From an uncultured Chromatiales bacterium (GTDB taxonomy: Bacteria > Pseudomonadota > Gammaproteobacteria > Chromatiales > Chromatiaceae): a stretch of DNA of 51,929 nt. Shown piece by piece: positions 30,300 to 39,442 of the stretch. The stretch spans positions 1 to 51,929 of the forward strand of contig CBDUCL010000001.1 of the NCBI GenBank assembly GCA_965365625.1. Reading direction: 5' to 3'. The notes under the pieces are model-generated. The model was not told the origin of the DNA and did not search any database. It was given only the letters and a program-made list of their open reading frames with translations. The first letter of the stretch is position 1, and each line of letters opens with the position of its first letter. The position numbers and the translations under genes are program-made.

Positions 30300-31582
30300 C
30301 GTCGAAATACCAGTCGGCCCTGGAGCAATGTGTGGGTTACGCGACCGCTCAGTTCCCAGCCGAGGAAGGGACTGTTGTGGCCCCGGCTGACCAGCGAATC
30401 CGGGCCCGGAACCCAGTGGGCGTGCGGGTCGAATATGCAGATATCCGCCATCGCCCCGGGCTCCAGGCTTCCCAGTGGCAGCCCGAGGATACGGGCCGGG
30501 CCACTGGTCAGTAGGGCCAAGGCGCGCGACAAGTCGAGCACCCCCTGGGCCACCAGTTTCAGGGTCAGCGGCAGCAGGGTCTCCAGGCCGGAGATGCCGG
30601 GCGCGGTGCTGGGGAAGGGCGCGGCCTTCGCGTCCGGCTCGTGGGGCTGATGGTCCGAGCAGATGGCGCCGATGGTGCCGTCCGCCACCGCCTGGCGCAG
30701 GGCATCACGGTCGGCCGGGGTGCGCAGCGGCGGGATCACGTGGCACTGGCTGTCGAAGTCCGCGAGGTCCACCTCGCACAGGTGCAGCTGGTGCACGCTG
30801 ACGTCGGCTGAGACCAACTCCCGGTGATAGTCGATGCGCTGGATCATGCGTACCGACTGGGCCGCAGACAGCCCCCGGAAATGGATGCGGGCTCCGGTCT
30901 GCTCGACCAGCGCCAGGTCCTGGGCCACCGCTACGGTCTCTGCCGCCACCGGAATTCCCGGCAGGCCGAGGCGCGCGGCCGCCCGGCCCTCGTGGGCGCA
31001 GCCCTGGTCGCGCAGCTGGGGATCTTCTGGCGACAGGAACGCGGTGAGGCCGAAGGTGGCCGCATATTCCAGGGCCCGGCGCAGCACCAGGGTGTTGGCG
31101 ATCGGGCGCAGGCCGTTGCTGACGGCGACGCAGCCGGCCCGCTTCAGGGCCGCCATCTCGCTCAGCTGCTCGCCGGCCAGCCCCGCGGTCATGGCCCCGA
31201 TGGGCAGAACTCGGGCCTTGCCGCTGAGCTTGGCCTTGTGGCGGATCAGTTCGGTCACCGCCGGGGTGTCGTTGACCGGCTCGGTGTCCGGCGGGCAGCA
31301 GAGGCTGGTAATGCCGGCGCTGGCGGCTGCCGCGGTCTCGCTGCCGATGGTGGCCTTGTGCTCCTGGCCGGGCTCGCGCAGGTGGGCGCTGAGGTCGATC
31401 AGCCCGGGGCAGACGATCCGGCCGCTGGCGTCGATCTCCCGGTCGGCGCTGAAGTCCGGCGGCGCGGCGCCGATGGCCAGCACCTGGCCGCCCCGCAGGT
31501 GCAGGTCGCACACCTGATCGACTTGGTTGGCCGGATCGATCAGGCGGCCGTTGCGAATGCTGATATCGGGTGCGTTAGGCAT
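30296..31582 (-). CDS. pyrC': dihydroorotase-like protein, probably the non-catalytic ATCase partner (PyrC')
   Basis: Start moved to ATG 31582 (MPNAPDISIRNGRLIDP...). It has the amidohydrolase fold. The first metal-binding HxH motif reads DLSAHLREPG (Ser in place of the first His). It lies directly downstream of pyrB. Confidence 0.8.
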   Translation of the reverse strand: MPNAPDISIRNGRLIDPANQVDQVCDLHLRGGQVLAIGAAPPDFSADREIDASGRIVCPGLIDLSAHLREPGQEHKATIGSETAAAASAGITSLCCPPDTEPVNDTPAVTELIRHKAKLSGKARVLPIGAMTAGLAGEQLSEMAALKRAGCVAVSNGLRPIANTLVLRRALEYAATFGLTAFLSPEDPQLRDQGCAHEGRAAARLGLPGIPVAAETVAVAQDLALVEQTGARIHFRGLSAAQSVRMIQRIDYHRELVSADVSVHQLHLCEVDLADFDSQCHVIPPLRTPADRDALRQAVADGTIGAICSDHQPHEPDAKAAPFPSTAPGISGLETLLPLTLKLVAQGVLDLSRALALLTSGPARILGLPLGSLEPGAMADICIFDPHAHWVPGPDSLVSRGHNSPFLGWELSGRVTHTLLQGRLVFRR

Positions 31583-31587
31583 GACGG

Positions 31588-32574
31588 TCAAGCCTGTAGC
31601 CGCGAGCTTTGAGTGCCCAGGCACATGGACATTACCGCCATGCGCACCGCGATGCCGTGGCTCACCTGCTGCAGGATTACCGAACGCGGGCCGTCGGCAA
31701 CCTGGGAGTCCATCTCCACCCCGCGGTTGATCGGCCCCGGGTGCATCACGATAGCGTCGTCCTTGGCCACCTGCAGCCGCTCCTCGGTGAGTCCGTAGAG
31801 TTGGAAGTACTCGTGCGCGCTCGGCAACATGGCGCCGCGCATGCGTTCGCGCTGCAGGCGCAGCATGATCACCACGTCAGCGTCGCGGATGCCGTCGGCC
31901 AGGTCGTGAAACACGTGCACTCCCAGGGATTCCACGCCCGACGGCAGCAAGGTGCGGGGTGCAATGACCCGGATCTCCGGCACTCCCAGGATGCTCAGGG
32001 CCAGGATCTGGGAGCGCGCTACCCGCGAATGCAGAACGTCGCCGACGATGGCCACCCGCAGCTTGGTGAAGTCGCCCTTGTGGCGGCGGATGGTGAACAT
32101 GTCCAGCATCGCCTGGGTAGGGTGGGCGTGGCGGCCGTCTCCGGCATTTACCACGCTGATGTGGGGCGCCGAGTGCTGAGCGATGAAGTGGGCGGCTCCG
32201 CTGTCGGCGTGGCGCACCACGAACATGTCGCAGTGCATGGCTTCCAGGTTGCGCAGGGTATCGAGCAGGCTTTCGCCCTTGGCCGTCGAAGAGGCGCCAA
32301 TGTTCAGGGTCAGCACGTCCGCCGAAAGCCGCTTGGCGGCCAGCTCGAAGGTGGTGCGGGTGCGGGTGCTGTTTTCGAAGAACAGATTGGTGATGATCTT
32401 GCCCCGGCACAGAGGGACCTTCTTCACCGTTTGCGCGGAGACCCCGGCGAACCCCTCCGACTGGTCCAGGATCTCGGTCAACAATTCCCGGCCGAGGCCG
32501 TCGACCGACAAGAAATGCCGCAGCCGGCCCTGGGCGTCGAGCTGGATCTCTCGATTGGGGGTTGCGCTGCCCAT
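31588..32574 (-). CDS. pyrB: aspartate carbamoyltransferase catalytic subunit
   Basis: 328 aa. The STRTR carbamoyl-phosphate motif ([11 protein letters not shown]), HPTQ and HPGP(INRG) blocks are present. Confidence 0.95.
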   Translation of the reverse strand: MGSATPNREIQLDAQGRLRHFLSVDGLGRELLTEILDQSEGFAGVSAQTVKKVPLCRGKIITNLFFENSTRTRTTFELAAKRLSADVLTLNIGASSTAKGESLLDTLRNLEAMHCDMFVVRHADSGAAHFIAQHSAPHISVVNAGDGRHAHPTQAMLDMFTIRRHKGDFTKLRVAIVGDVLHSRVARSQILALSILGVPEIRVIAPRTLLPSGVESLGVHVFHDLADGIRDADVVIMLRLQRERMRGAMLPSAHEYFQLYGLTEERLQVAKDDAIVMHPGPINRGVEMDSQVADGPRSVILQQVSHGIAVRMAVMSMCLGTQSSRLQA

Positions 32575-32577
32575 GGA

Positions 32578-33135
32578 TCAGCCTGTGCCCTGCTGTTGGC
32601 GCGAGCTGCGGTTGGAGCCCTCGCCGAGGATCAGGGTCAGGGGTTCGGGCCCGGTCAGGGTGATGTGCTCTTCCGCCGTCAATTGGGGGCGCAGGCCCAC
32701 CAGATCGGGCTGGATCGGCAACTCGCGGCCGCCCTTGGCGATCAGGGTGATCAGCTGTACCGAGGCCGGGCGCCCATAGTCGAAGATCTCGTTCAGGGCG
32801 GCGCGGATGGTGCGCCCGGTCTCCAGCACGTCGTCCACCAGCAGGATGTGGCGGTCGTCCACCGGCACCGGGAGATTGGAGGGCCGGACCTGCGGATTGA
32901 CGCCGATGCGCGTGAAGTCATCGCGGTAGAAGGAGATGTCCAGGGTGCCGAGGGGGTCCGGGGTTTCTAGCAGCCGGTGCAGGCGCTCGGCCAGCCAAAC
33001 GCCGCCGGTATGAATGCCGATCATGAGCGGGCGTTCGATGGACCGGTCGTCTAGGCGCTGGCGCAGGTCCTGGGCCAGACGCTGGATTAGTTGCTCCGTC
33101 TCGGCGGCGTCGAGAAAGGGTTTATTGGTGGTCAT
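32578..33135 (-). CDS. pyrR: bifunctional pyr operon regulator / uracil phosphoribosyltransferase PyrR
   Basis: 185 aa with the PRPP-binding loop [18 protein letters not shown] and the typical PyrR N-terminus. Confidence 0.9.
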   Translation of the reverse strand: MTTNKPFLDAAETEQLIQRLAQDLRQRLDDRSIERPLMIGIHTGGVWLAERLHRLLETPDPLGTLDISFYRDDFTRIGVNPQVRPSNLPVPVDDRHILLVDDVLETGRTIRAALNEIFDYGRPASVQLITLIAKGGRELPIQPDLVGLRPQLTAEEHITLTGPEPLTLILGEGSNRSSRQQQGTG

Positions 33136-33538
33136 TGAGCCATGTTTCCAAAATCAGTTTGGCGGCGAAGGCGTCGAGTTCTTCAATCCGGCGCACCCGT
33201 TTGCCCCAGCGATCGCTGGCCTCGCGCGAGGTCAGCCGCTCGTCGGCCAAGTGCACCGGGAGCCGAAAGCGGCCTTCGAGCTGGCGCGCAAAGCGGCGTG
33301 CGGCCGGGGCTACCTCGGCCTCAGTGTCGTCCATGTTGAGCGGCAAGCCGACCACCAGGGCGTCGGGCTGCCAGTGTCGAATCAGCTTGCCGATGGCCTC
33401 CCAGTCGGGCCGCTCGCGGACGGCCCGCACGGTGGTCAGCGGCGCTGCGCTGGCGGTAAGGGTCTGGCCCACCGCGACGCCGATCTTATGCGTTCCGTAG
33501 TCGAAGCCGAGCAGGGTGCCCATGATTCGCTGCGGCAT
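33122..33538 (-). CDS. ruvX: Holliday-junction-resolvase-like / pre-16S rRNA nuclease YqgF (RuvX)
   Basis: 138 aa with [14 protein letters not shown] and DERLTS motifs. It overlaps pyrR by 14 nt and the yqgE stop by 1 nt. Confidence 0.9.
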   Translation of the reverse strand: MPQRIMGTLLGFDYGTHKIGVAVGQTLTASAAPLTTVRAVRERPDWEAIGKLIRHWQPDALVVGLPLNMDDTEAEVAPAARRFARQLEGRFRLPVHLADERLTSREASDRWGKRVRRIEELDAFAAKLILETWLNDHQ

Positions 33539-34101
33539 TAGGCATGTCCGGCCTCGTTGGACAGGATATCCAGGTCAACCCCCAACAGGCGCGCCGCCGC
33601 GTGCCAGCGCTGATCCACCGGCAGGCGGAAGATGATGTCGCGGTCGGCGGGGCCGCTGAGCCAGGCGTTCTCGCTCAGCTCGCGCTCCAGCTGGCCGCTG
33701 CCCCAGCCAGCGTAGCCGAGGGCGATCAGCAGTTCATCTGGGCCTTCCCCGGCGGCGGTAGCCTCTAGAATGTCCTGGGAGGTGGTAATGCTGATCTGCT
33801 CAGTGATCTCCAAGGTCGACGCCCACTGCGGCCCGGTGGCGTGCAGCACGAAGCCGCGCTCCATGGCCACGGGCCCGCCGACATAGATCGGTTGCTGCAA
33901 TGGCTCCGGAAGATTGCAGGGGATCTGCATTTGTTCCAGGATTTCGCCCAGTTGGATGTTCATCGGGCGATTCACCACGATACCCATGGCCCCATCGTCC
34001 CCGTGTTCGCAGATATAGGTGACCGTGTGGTAGAAGTTCGGATCCATCAGACCCGGCATGGCGATCAGGAAGTGATCAGTAAGATTGGCGGCAATGCTCA
34101 T
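33538..34101 (-). CDS. YqgE/AlgH family protein
   Basis: Start moved to ATG 34101 (MSIAANLTDHFLIAMPGLMDPNFYHTVTYICEH...). The family N-terminal signature and GYAGWGSGQLE are present. Confidence 0.85.
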   Translation of the reverse strand: MSIAANLTDHFLIAMPGLMDPNFYHTVTYICEHGDDGAMGIVVNRPMNIQLGEILEQMQIPCNLPEPLQQPIYVGGPVAMERGFVLHATGPQWASTLEITEQISITTSQDILEATAAGEGPDELLIALGYAGWGSGQLERELSENAWLSGPADRDIIFRLPVDQRWHAAARLLGVDLDILSNEAGHA

Positions 34102-34167
34102 GGCCGCTAGTATCCGGCGATCGCGCCCCGGCCGCAAGTGCCCGAGCCGGGGCCGGGTTGACCGGGC

Positions 34168-35061
34168 TCAGTCGCCGGAGAACAGCTGGTTGCTGTTCAA
34201 GAACTGCCAGGTGCGGGTGATCTCCAGAACATCGGTCTCTTGCCGAATCTCGGCGGGAAACGGGGCGTATGGGGCCGCTAGGCGAACAATGCGGATCGCC
34301 GAGTCGTCCAGCAGTTGGTGGCCGGACGAGCGCAGCAGGCGCACCCGCTCGACACTGCCGTCGGCCCGCAACGACACCGTCAATACCAGGCTGCCGTAGA
34401 GATTGCGCTGCTTCGCTTCCTGCGGATAGTTGAGGTTTCCGATGCGTTCGACCTTGCGCCGCCAGGCGTCGAGATAGGCAGCGTACTTGTATTCCTGGGT
34501 GCTGGCGCTGATATGTTTTCGCCGCGGGCGCTTGGCGTAGAACTCGGCCTTGCGCGCCAACTCGGCGGTGATGCGGTTGGCCTCCTGGCGGCGACTGGCC
34601 AGCAGTTCGGAGACGCTCGGCAGTTCGCGCTTAACGCGGGCCGGGGGTGGCTTGGGCGCTGCCTGCGGGGCCGCTTTCGGCTGTGAACGCTCGGCGCTGA
34701 TCACTCGCGGTGCCGGTGGCGGGGGCTCGGGCGGTGCCGGCGGCGGCGATTCGGCGGGGACTGGCTCCGGTTTTGTCGCCGCCTTGGGGCTTGCGATGTC
34801 GGGGCTGGTGGGTCGCCGTTTCTCGGCCGCGTTGCCGCCCCCTTGCTGACTGGTTTGGGCCAGGAAATCGGCCTCCTCCGTGGGCTCGCCGGGACGCGCG
34901 TGGCGAACCACCATGATTTCCAGGCTGCGCTCAATGCGCGACGGCGGCGCGAACTCCAGTTCGAAGCTGAAACCGAACACCCATAGTGCGTGAAAAGCAG
35001 CGGCCAGGGCCAGTGCTAGGGTGAAGCGGGGGCGGCTGCGAAGGTTCCAGGCCTGGGGCAC
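34168..35061 (-). CDS. TonB-family energy transducer (positional equivalent of Pseudomonas TonB3)
   Basis: 297 aa with an N-terminal anchor helix, a Pro-rich spacer (PPPAPPEPPPPAP) and a C-terminal TonB domain (YPQEAKQRNLYGSLVLTVSLRADGSV). Confidence 0.8.
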   Translation of the reverse strand: MPQAWNLRSRPRFTLALALAAAFHALWVFGFSFELEFAPPSRIERSLEIMVVRHARPGEPTEEADFLAQTSQQGGGNAAEKRRPTSPDIASPKAATKPEPVPAESPPPAPPEPPPPAPRVISAERSQPKAAPQAAPKPPPARVKRELPSVSELLASRRQEANRITAELARKAEFYAKRPRRKHISASTQEYKYAAYLDAWRRKVERIGNLNYPQEAKQRNLYGSLVLTVSLRADGSVERVRLLRSSGHQLLDDSAIRIVRLAAPYAPFPAEIRQETDVLEITRTWQFLNSNQLFSGD

Positions 35062-35073
35062 GGGCTAGCCCAC

Positions 35074-36216
35074 TCAGGTTCCGGGTCGGGTCGGGTCCGA
35101 GCCTTCGGGCGGTGGCGTCAGCCGATCCTGGTGCAGGGGAGCGCTGATGCGGGTCTCCACGCCCGGGTCCAAGAGCTTGATGCGCTGGGCCATGGCCGGG
35201 TTCATGTGCAGCACACCAGCGCTGTCGAGCAGCAACACGTAGCGGATGCCCATTGCCTTGGCCACCTCCTCCCAGGCCTCCGGGCCGGCGATGAACAGGG
35301 CCGTGGCGGCCGCATCGGCGGTGACGGCGTCTTTGTGCACCACGGTCACCGCCCGCGTGCCGCGTGCGGGGCGCCCGGTCCCGGGGTCGATGATGTGATG
35401 GTAGGTCCGGCCTTCGAATACGAAGTTGCGCTGGTAATCGCCGGATGTGAATACGCTCTCGTCACCCTGCACGTCGATGGTCGCGAACACGCCGCCGCCG
35501 CTGGGACGGCGGATCGCCACCCGCCACGGACGGCCGGCGCGCGAGCCGATGGCGCGCAGGTCGCCGCCGGCGTTGACAATGGCGTTTTTCACCCCGAGAT
35601 CGCGCAGGTGGCGGATTGCCAGATCCACCCCATAGCCCTTGCCGAAGGCGCCGAAGTCCAATTGGACCGCGGGGTTGGTAGAGTAAAGGCGGATGCCGTC
35701 CAAGACCAGGTCGGACATACGGGGGTTGGCCGCCACCAGGCGCTCGATCTGATCGGCGCTCGGCGGTCGGCTGCCGCTGGGATCATCGCGGTGGAAGCCC
35801 CAGAGCGCGATCAGGGAGCCGATGGCGGGGTTGAACCGGTCGCCGCTCTGGGCCGCCAGCACTTTACCCTTTTCGATCAGCGGGTAGATCGATGGCGGCA
35901 CCGCAAACGGCTCGCCCGTCGGCAACAGGCGGTTGACGCGCCCCAAAGGACCCGGCTCCCAGTCGTGCCAGGCGGCGTGCATGCTGGCAAAGTCGGCTTC
36001 GATGGCGCTGCTGATGCGGTCGAACTTGGCCCGGTCGACGCCGATCAAAGTAAGGTCGATCTGGGTGCCGAAGGCGAGGAAACGGGTGGTGTAGGCCGGC
36101 TCCTGGCCCTCGCAACCCGCCAACAACAAGAGCAGCCCAACCCACGCGAGCGGACGGAAAAAAGTCTTCGCCCGAGCTGGGCGGAAGGGATATTGGCTGT
36201 TGGCCAGGCGGCTCAT
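35074..36216 (-). CDS. apbE: FAD:protein FMN transferase (ApbE family) lipoprotein
   Basis: ATG 36216 overlaps the gshB stop (ATGA). It has a lipobox LLLLAGC and ApbE blocks (AFGKGYGVD, GGDL, HHIIDPGTGRP). Confidence 0.85.
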   Translation of the reverse strand: MSRLANSQYPFRPARAKTFFRPLAWVGLLLLLAGCEGQEPAYTTRFLAFGTQIDLTLIGVDRAKFDRISSAIEADFASMHAAWHDWEPGPLGRVNRLLPTGEPFAVPPSIYPLIEKGKVLAAQSGDRFNPAIGSLIALWGFHRDDPSGSRPPSADQIERLVAANPRMSDLVLDGIRLYSTNPAVQLDFGAFGKGYGVDLAIRHLRDLGVKNAIVNAGGDLRAIGSRAGRPWRVAIRRPSGGGVFATIDVQGDESVFTSGDYQRNFVFEGRTYHHIIDPGTGRPARGTRAVTVVHKDAVTADAAATALFIAGPEAWEEVAKAMGIRYVLLLDSAGVLHMNPAMAQRIKLLDPGVETRISAPLHQDRLTPPPEGSDPTRPGT

Positions 36217-37163
36217 TGCGGCAGCCTCTGCTCGATGCAATCTAGCAGCTCGGCAGCGATGTTGAGGCCGAATTCACGGTCGAGCTCGCGGATGCAGGTG
36301 GGGCTGGTCACATTGATCTCCGTCAGGTAGTCCCCAATCACGTCAAGGCCAGCGAATAGAATTCCGCGCGCTTGCAGTTCCGGCCCCACTTGTGCGGCGA
36401 TCCAACGGTCGCGCTCCGACAGGGGGACGCCTCGGCCGCTGCCACCCGCTGCCAGGTTGCCCCGGGTCTCTCCCGGGGCCGGGATGCGGGCGAGGGCGTA
36501 GGCCACCGGCTGCCCGTCAACCATCAGGATACGCTTGTCGCCGGCGCTGATCTCGGGGAGGAAGCGTTGCGCCATGGTGAACTGGCTGCCGTGGCCGGTG
36601 AGGGTCTCGATGATCACGCCAATATTCGGGTCGCCGGAGGCGATCCGGAACACTGAGGCCCCGCCCATGCCTCCCAAAGGCTTGAGAATGATATCCCGGT
36701 GCTCGGCCAAGAAGGCTCGAATATCGCCAGGCCGTCGGGTGACGAGGGTTGGCGGGCAGCACTGGGGAAAGCGCGCGGTAAACAGTTTCTCGTTGGCGTC
36801 GCGCAGGCTGCCCGGGCGGTTGACGACGAGACACCCAGCCAGCTCGGCCTGTTCCAATAGGTAAGTGGTATACACATACTCCATGTCGAACGGTGGATCT
36901 TTGCGCATCAGCACAGCGTCCAGACGGTCCAGAGGGCCGGTCTGTTCGCCGTCGAACGCGAACCAGCCTGCGGCGTCGTCGAAAACTCGCAGCCGGCGGC
37001 TGCGACCATGACATTGGTCGCCGTGCAGGAAGAGATCGCCTTGCTCCAAATAGTGTAACTCCCAACCCCGGGATTGGGCCTCCAGCAACATGGCGAAGGT
37101 GCTGTCCTTGCCAATCTTGATCGACCCGATAGGGTCCATGATGACGCCAAGTCTGATGCTCAT
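36213..37163 (-). CDS. gshB: glutathione synthase
   Basis: 316 aa. It starts MSIRLGVIMDPIGSIKIGKDSTFAMLLEAQ and carries the ATP-grasp C-terminus typical of GshB. Confidence 0.95.
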   Translation of the reverse strand: MSIRLGVIMDPIGSIKIGKDSTFAMLLEAQSRGWELHYLEQGDLFLHGDQCHGRSRRLRVFDDAAGWFAFDGEQTGPLDRLDAVLMRKDPPFDMEYVYTTYLLEQAELAGCLVVNRPGSLRDANEKLFTARFPQCCPPTLVTRRPGDIRAFLAEHRDIILKPLGGMGGASVFRIASGDPNIGVIIETLTGHGSQFTMAQRFLPEISAGDKRILMVDGQPVAYALARIPAPGETRGNLAAGGSGRGVPLSERDRWIAAQVGPELQARGILFAGLDVIGDYLTEINVTSPTCIRELDREFGLNIAAELLDCIEQRLPQ

Positions 37164-37802
37164 CTCTAGGGAGTGTCCGCCGGATTTCAGCCGCCCCGAT
37201 CTGAGAGATTGTGGGGCAGTACTGGGATTGTCCGTGCAAGTGCCGGTTTGGGCAAGTCGACTTCGAATAAAATCTTTACATTGCTGGGGCGGGCCGTTTT
37301 GCTATCCTTCAGAGGCCGTCCGCTCTCAAGGTGGGTAAGCGGGCCGCAAAACGGGGGCTCGTAGCATGCCGCGGCTACTCTTTGCGCTTTTCGGTTTTGA
37401 GAAAATGGTTTCGGTCGAGGGGCGAGAGGGAGGCAGGGGCGAAGCTGTGACCCGGTCCGCGACTGAACTGCGACGCAGACCTAGAACTGCTGATTTTTCA
37501 GTACTGCAAGCGGTTGCGGTTCCGGTTCCGGCTTGCTATTGTTGAGACAACAAAAAAGGCGTGCTTCGCGACAATAACGGTGCGTGCTGCGATGCGCTAC
37601 ACAGTCGGTCATCGGCCGCACATGGGTTCGACTCAACTTTGGCTTCATTCTCGGGACGGCTTTGCGGCAGGACGGTATCGACCGGTTCTGCTAAACGTAT
37701 GCGGTTTCAGCTGGGTTCGGGCCGATCGGACTGGGGGTGTCGCGATGAGTAGCTCAGGCAGGCGGTCTGGATCGCCCCAGCGGTCGGGTGTTAGGAGGTA
37801 AT

Positions 37803-38207
37803 GTGAGCAACGAAGGCGGCGAGATCCGACTCTCCGGGCTGAAGATCATGGTTATCGACGACAGCAAAACGATTCGTCGAACGGCCGAGAATCTGTTGAA
37901 GAAGGCGGGTTGTGAGGTGATAACGGCAACCGATGGTTTCGAGGCTCTGGCGCTGGTCGCGGATCACCGCCCCGACCTGATTTTTGTCGACATTATGATG
38001 CCTCGTCTCGATGGCTACCAGACCTGTGCGCTTATCAAAAATAACGAGTCTTTCAAATCCACGCCGGTGATCATGTTGTCGAGCAAGGACAGCCTGTTCG
38101 ACAAGGCGCGGGGTAGGATCGTGGGCGCGGAGCAATATCTGACCAAGCCATTCACCAAGAATGAGCTGCTCGGGGCGATACGCCAACATGTCACGCGAGC
38201 CGCTTGA
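37803..38207 (+). CDS. pilG: twitching-motility response regulator PilG (CheY-like)
   Basis: GTG 37803 lies 4 nt after a perfect AGGAGG. It is a single REC domain (KIMVIDDSKTIR...DLIFVDIMMPRLDG...KP). It sits first in the pilGHIJ-chpA order, next to gshB. Confidence 0.9.
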   Translation: MSNEGGEIRLSGLKIMVIDDSKTIRRTAENLLKKAGCEVITATDGFEALALVADHRPDLIFVDIMMPRLDGYQTCALIKNNESFKSTPVIMLSSKDSLFDKARGRIVGAEQYLTKPFTKNELLGAIRQHVTRAA

Positions 38208-38362
38208 GGCGGTAACTGCGAGGGGTATCGGGATCCAGGCAGCGTCGTTGCGGTTTCCGGGTGCTGGATGAGGGGGGAACTCGTGCCCGGGCGGCGATAG
38301 GTTAACTATTCATAAACTTAGGTGCCAGGGCACTGGTGGTCGAGGGGGATTGGGGTAATACG

Positions 38363-38728
38363 ATGGCGACGATTCTTGTGGTAGATGATTCTCAGACCGA
38401 ATTGCATGTTTTGAAGAGTTTGCTGGAAAAGAACGGTTACTCAGTGCAGACGGCTGAGGACGGAGCCCAGGGCATAGAGGCGGCGAAGGAGCATCAACCC
38501 GACCTCATCCTCATGGACGTCGTAATGCCCGTCCTGAACGGCTTCCAGGCCACGCGGCAGTTGCATCGCGACCCGGCGACCTCCGATATCCCCGTGATCA
38601 TGGTCACCACCAAGGACCAGGAAACCGACCGCAGTTGGGGGCTTCGCCAAGGTGCTGTTGATTACGTGGTCAAGCCGGTAGACGCCAAAGCCTTGCTGTC
38701 CAAGATCAAGAGCGCATTAGGGAGCTGA
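38363..38728 (+). CDS. pilH: twitching-motility response regulator PilH (CheY-like)
   Basis: ATG 38363 (MATILVVDDSQTELH...DLILMDVVMPVLNG...KP). 121-aa single REC domain. Confidence 0.9.
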   Translation: MATILVVDDSQTELHVLKSLLEKNGYSVQTAEDGAQGIEAAKEHQPDLILMDVVMPVLNGFQATRQLHRDPATSDIPVIMVTTKDQETDRSWGLRQGAVDYVVKPVDAKALLSKIKSALGS

Positions 38729-38729
38729 A

Positions 38730-39290
38730 TTGAGCACGGTTGGACAACTGCTGCGGGACGGGGATCAGCTGTTCCGGCTGCTTGCCGACATGGAGGCGCG
38801 CAGCCGCGGGCACGCCGCTGGCTTGCCGCAGCAGCAAGAACAGGAGGAGGCCTGGGAAGGGGTGGTTTTTGGCGTTGGCGATACCCGCTTGGTAGTGGCG
38901 ACGGGAGAAGTAGTCGAGATTCTCAACTATCCCAGCGGTGTTTCGCAGATCCCGGGCGCCAAACCCTGGATGCGGGGCATCGCGAACATCCGCGGCAACA
39001 TCTTACCCATTATAGACCTTCAGGCCTTCTTCGGCGGCCCGGCGACGGTAGCGACTCGGCGCAGCCGGGTGCTCGTGTTTAACCAGGGGGATGGATTGGT
39101 TGGCCTGCTGGTCGGCGAAATGGTCGGAATGCGGCGTTTTGACCAAATGGCCCGAACCGGTAAGCGGGAAGCGGCAGGCCGCGTCGGGCGCTACGTAGTG
39201 TCTGGGTTCGAACAAGATGGCACCTACTGGCCTGTATTTAGTATGCAGGGCCTGGCTCAAGATCCGGCATTCCAAAACGGGGCGCTGTGA
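38730..39290 (+). CDS. pilI: CheW-like coupling protein PilI
   Basis: TTG 38730 lies 5 nt after AGGGAG and 1 nt after the pilH stop. It has a CheW domain (WEGVVFGVGDTRLVV...IRGNILPIIDL). Confidence 0.8.
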   Translation: MSTVGQLLRDGDQLFRLLADMEARSRGHAAGLPQQQEQEEAWEGVVFGVGDTRLVVATGEVVEILNYPSGVSQIPGAKPWMRGIANIRGNILPIIDLQAFFGGPATVATRRSRVLVFNQGDGLVGLLVGEMVGMRRFDQMARTGKREAAGRVGRYVVSGFEQDGTYWPVFSMQGLAQDPAFQNGAL

Positions 39291-39442
39291 GTAGTAACAG
39301 GATTTTGTGTCGTCACTGGGGTTGAGCCCATGGCATCCGGCAACATGGCGATTAAGCGGCGATGAGCAAAATGGGAGGGTCGGTCCGTTGCGGATGACGA
39401 TCGCTAGGTGTGGACAAAGTTGCAATCTTTCGGGGGTAAACA

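Noticed and set aside
31609-32970. 453-aa plus-strand ORF antisense to pyrB/pyrR. Similar long shadows occur at 35131..36330 (antisense apbE/gshB), 46308..47621 (antisense chpA), 15963..17192 (antisense algC), 3210..4289, 1615..2496 and 30705..31511
   Set aside because: All of them overlap strongly supported genes on the opposite strand or in another frame. They lack motifs and show the amino-acid bias expected from reading GC3-rich codons out of phase.
37514-37801. 95-aa and 63-aa plus-strand ORFs in the gshB-pilG intergenic region
   Set aside because: They have no RBS and a Arg/Ser/Gly-rich composition. They end inside the pilG RBS and are probably non-coding regulatory DNA.
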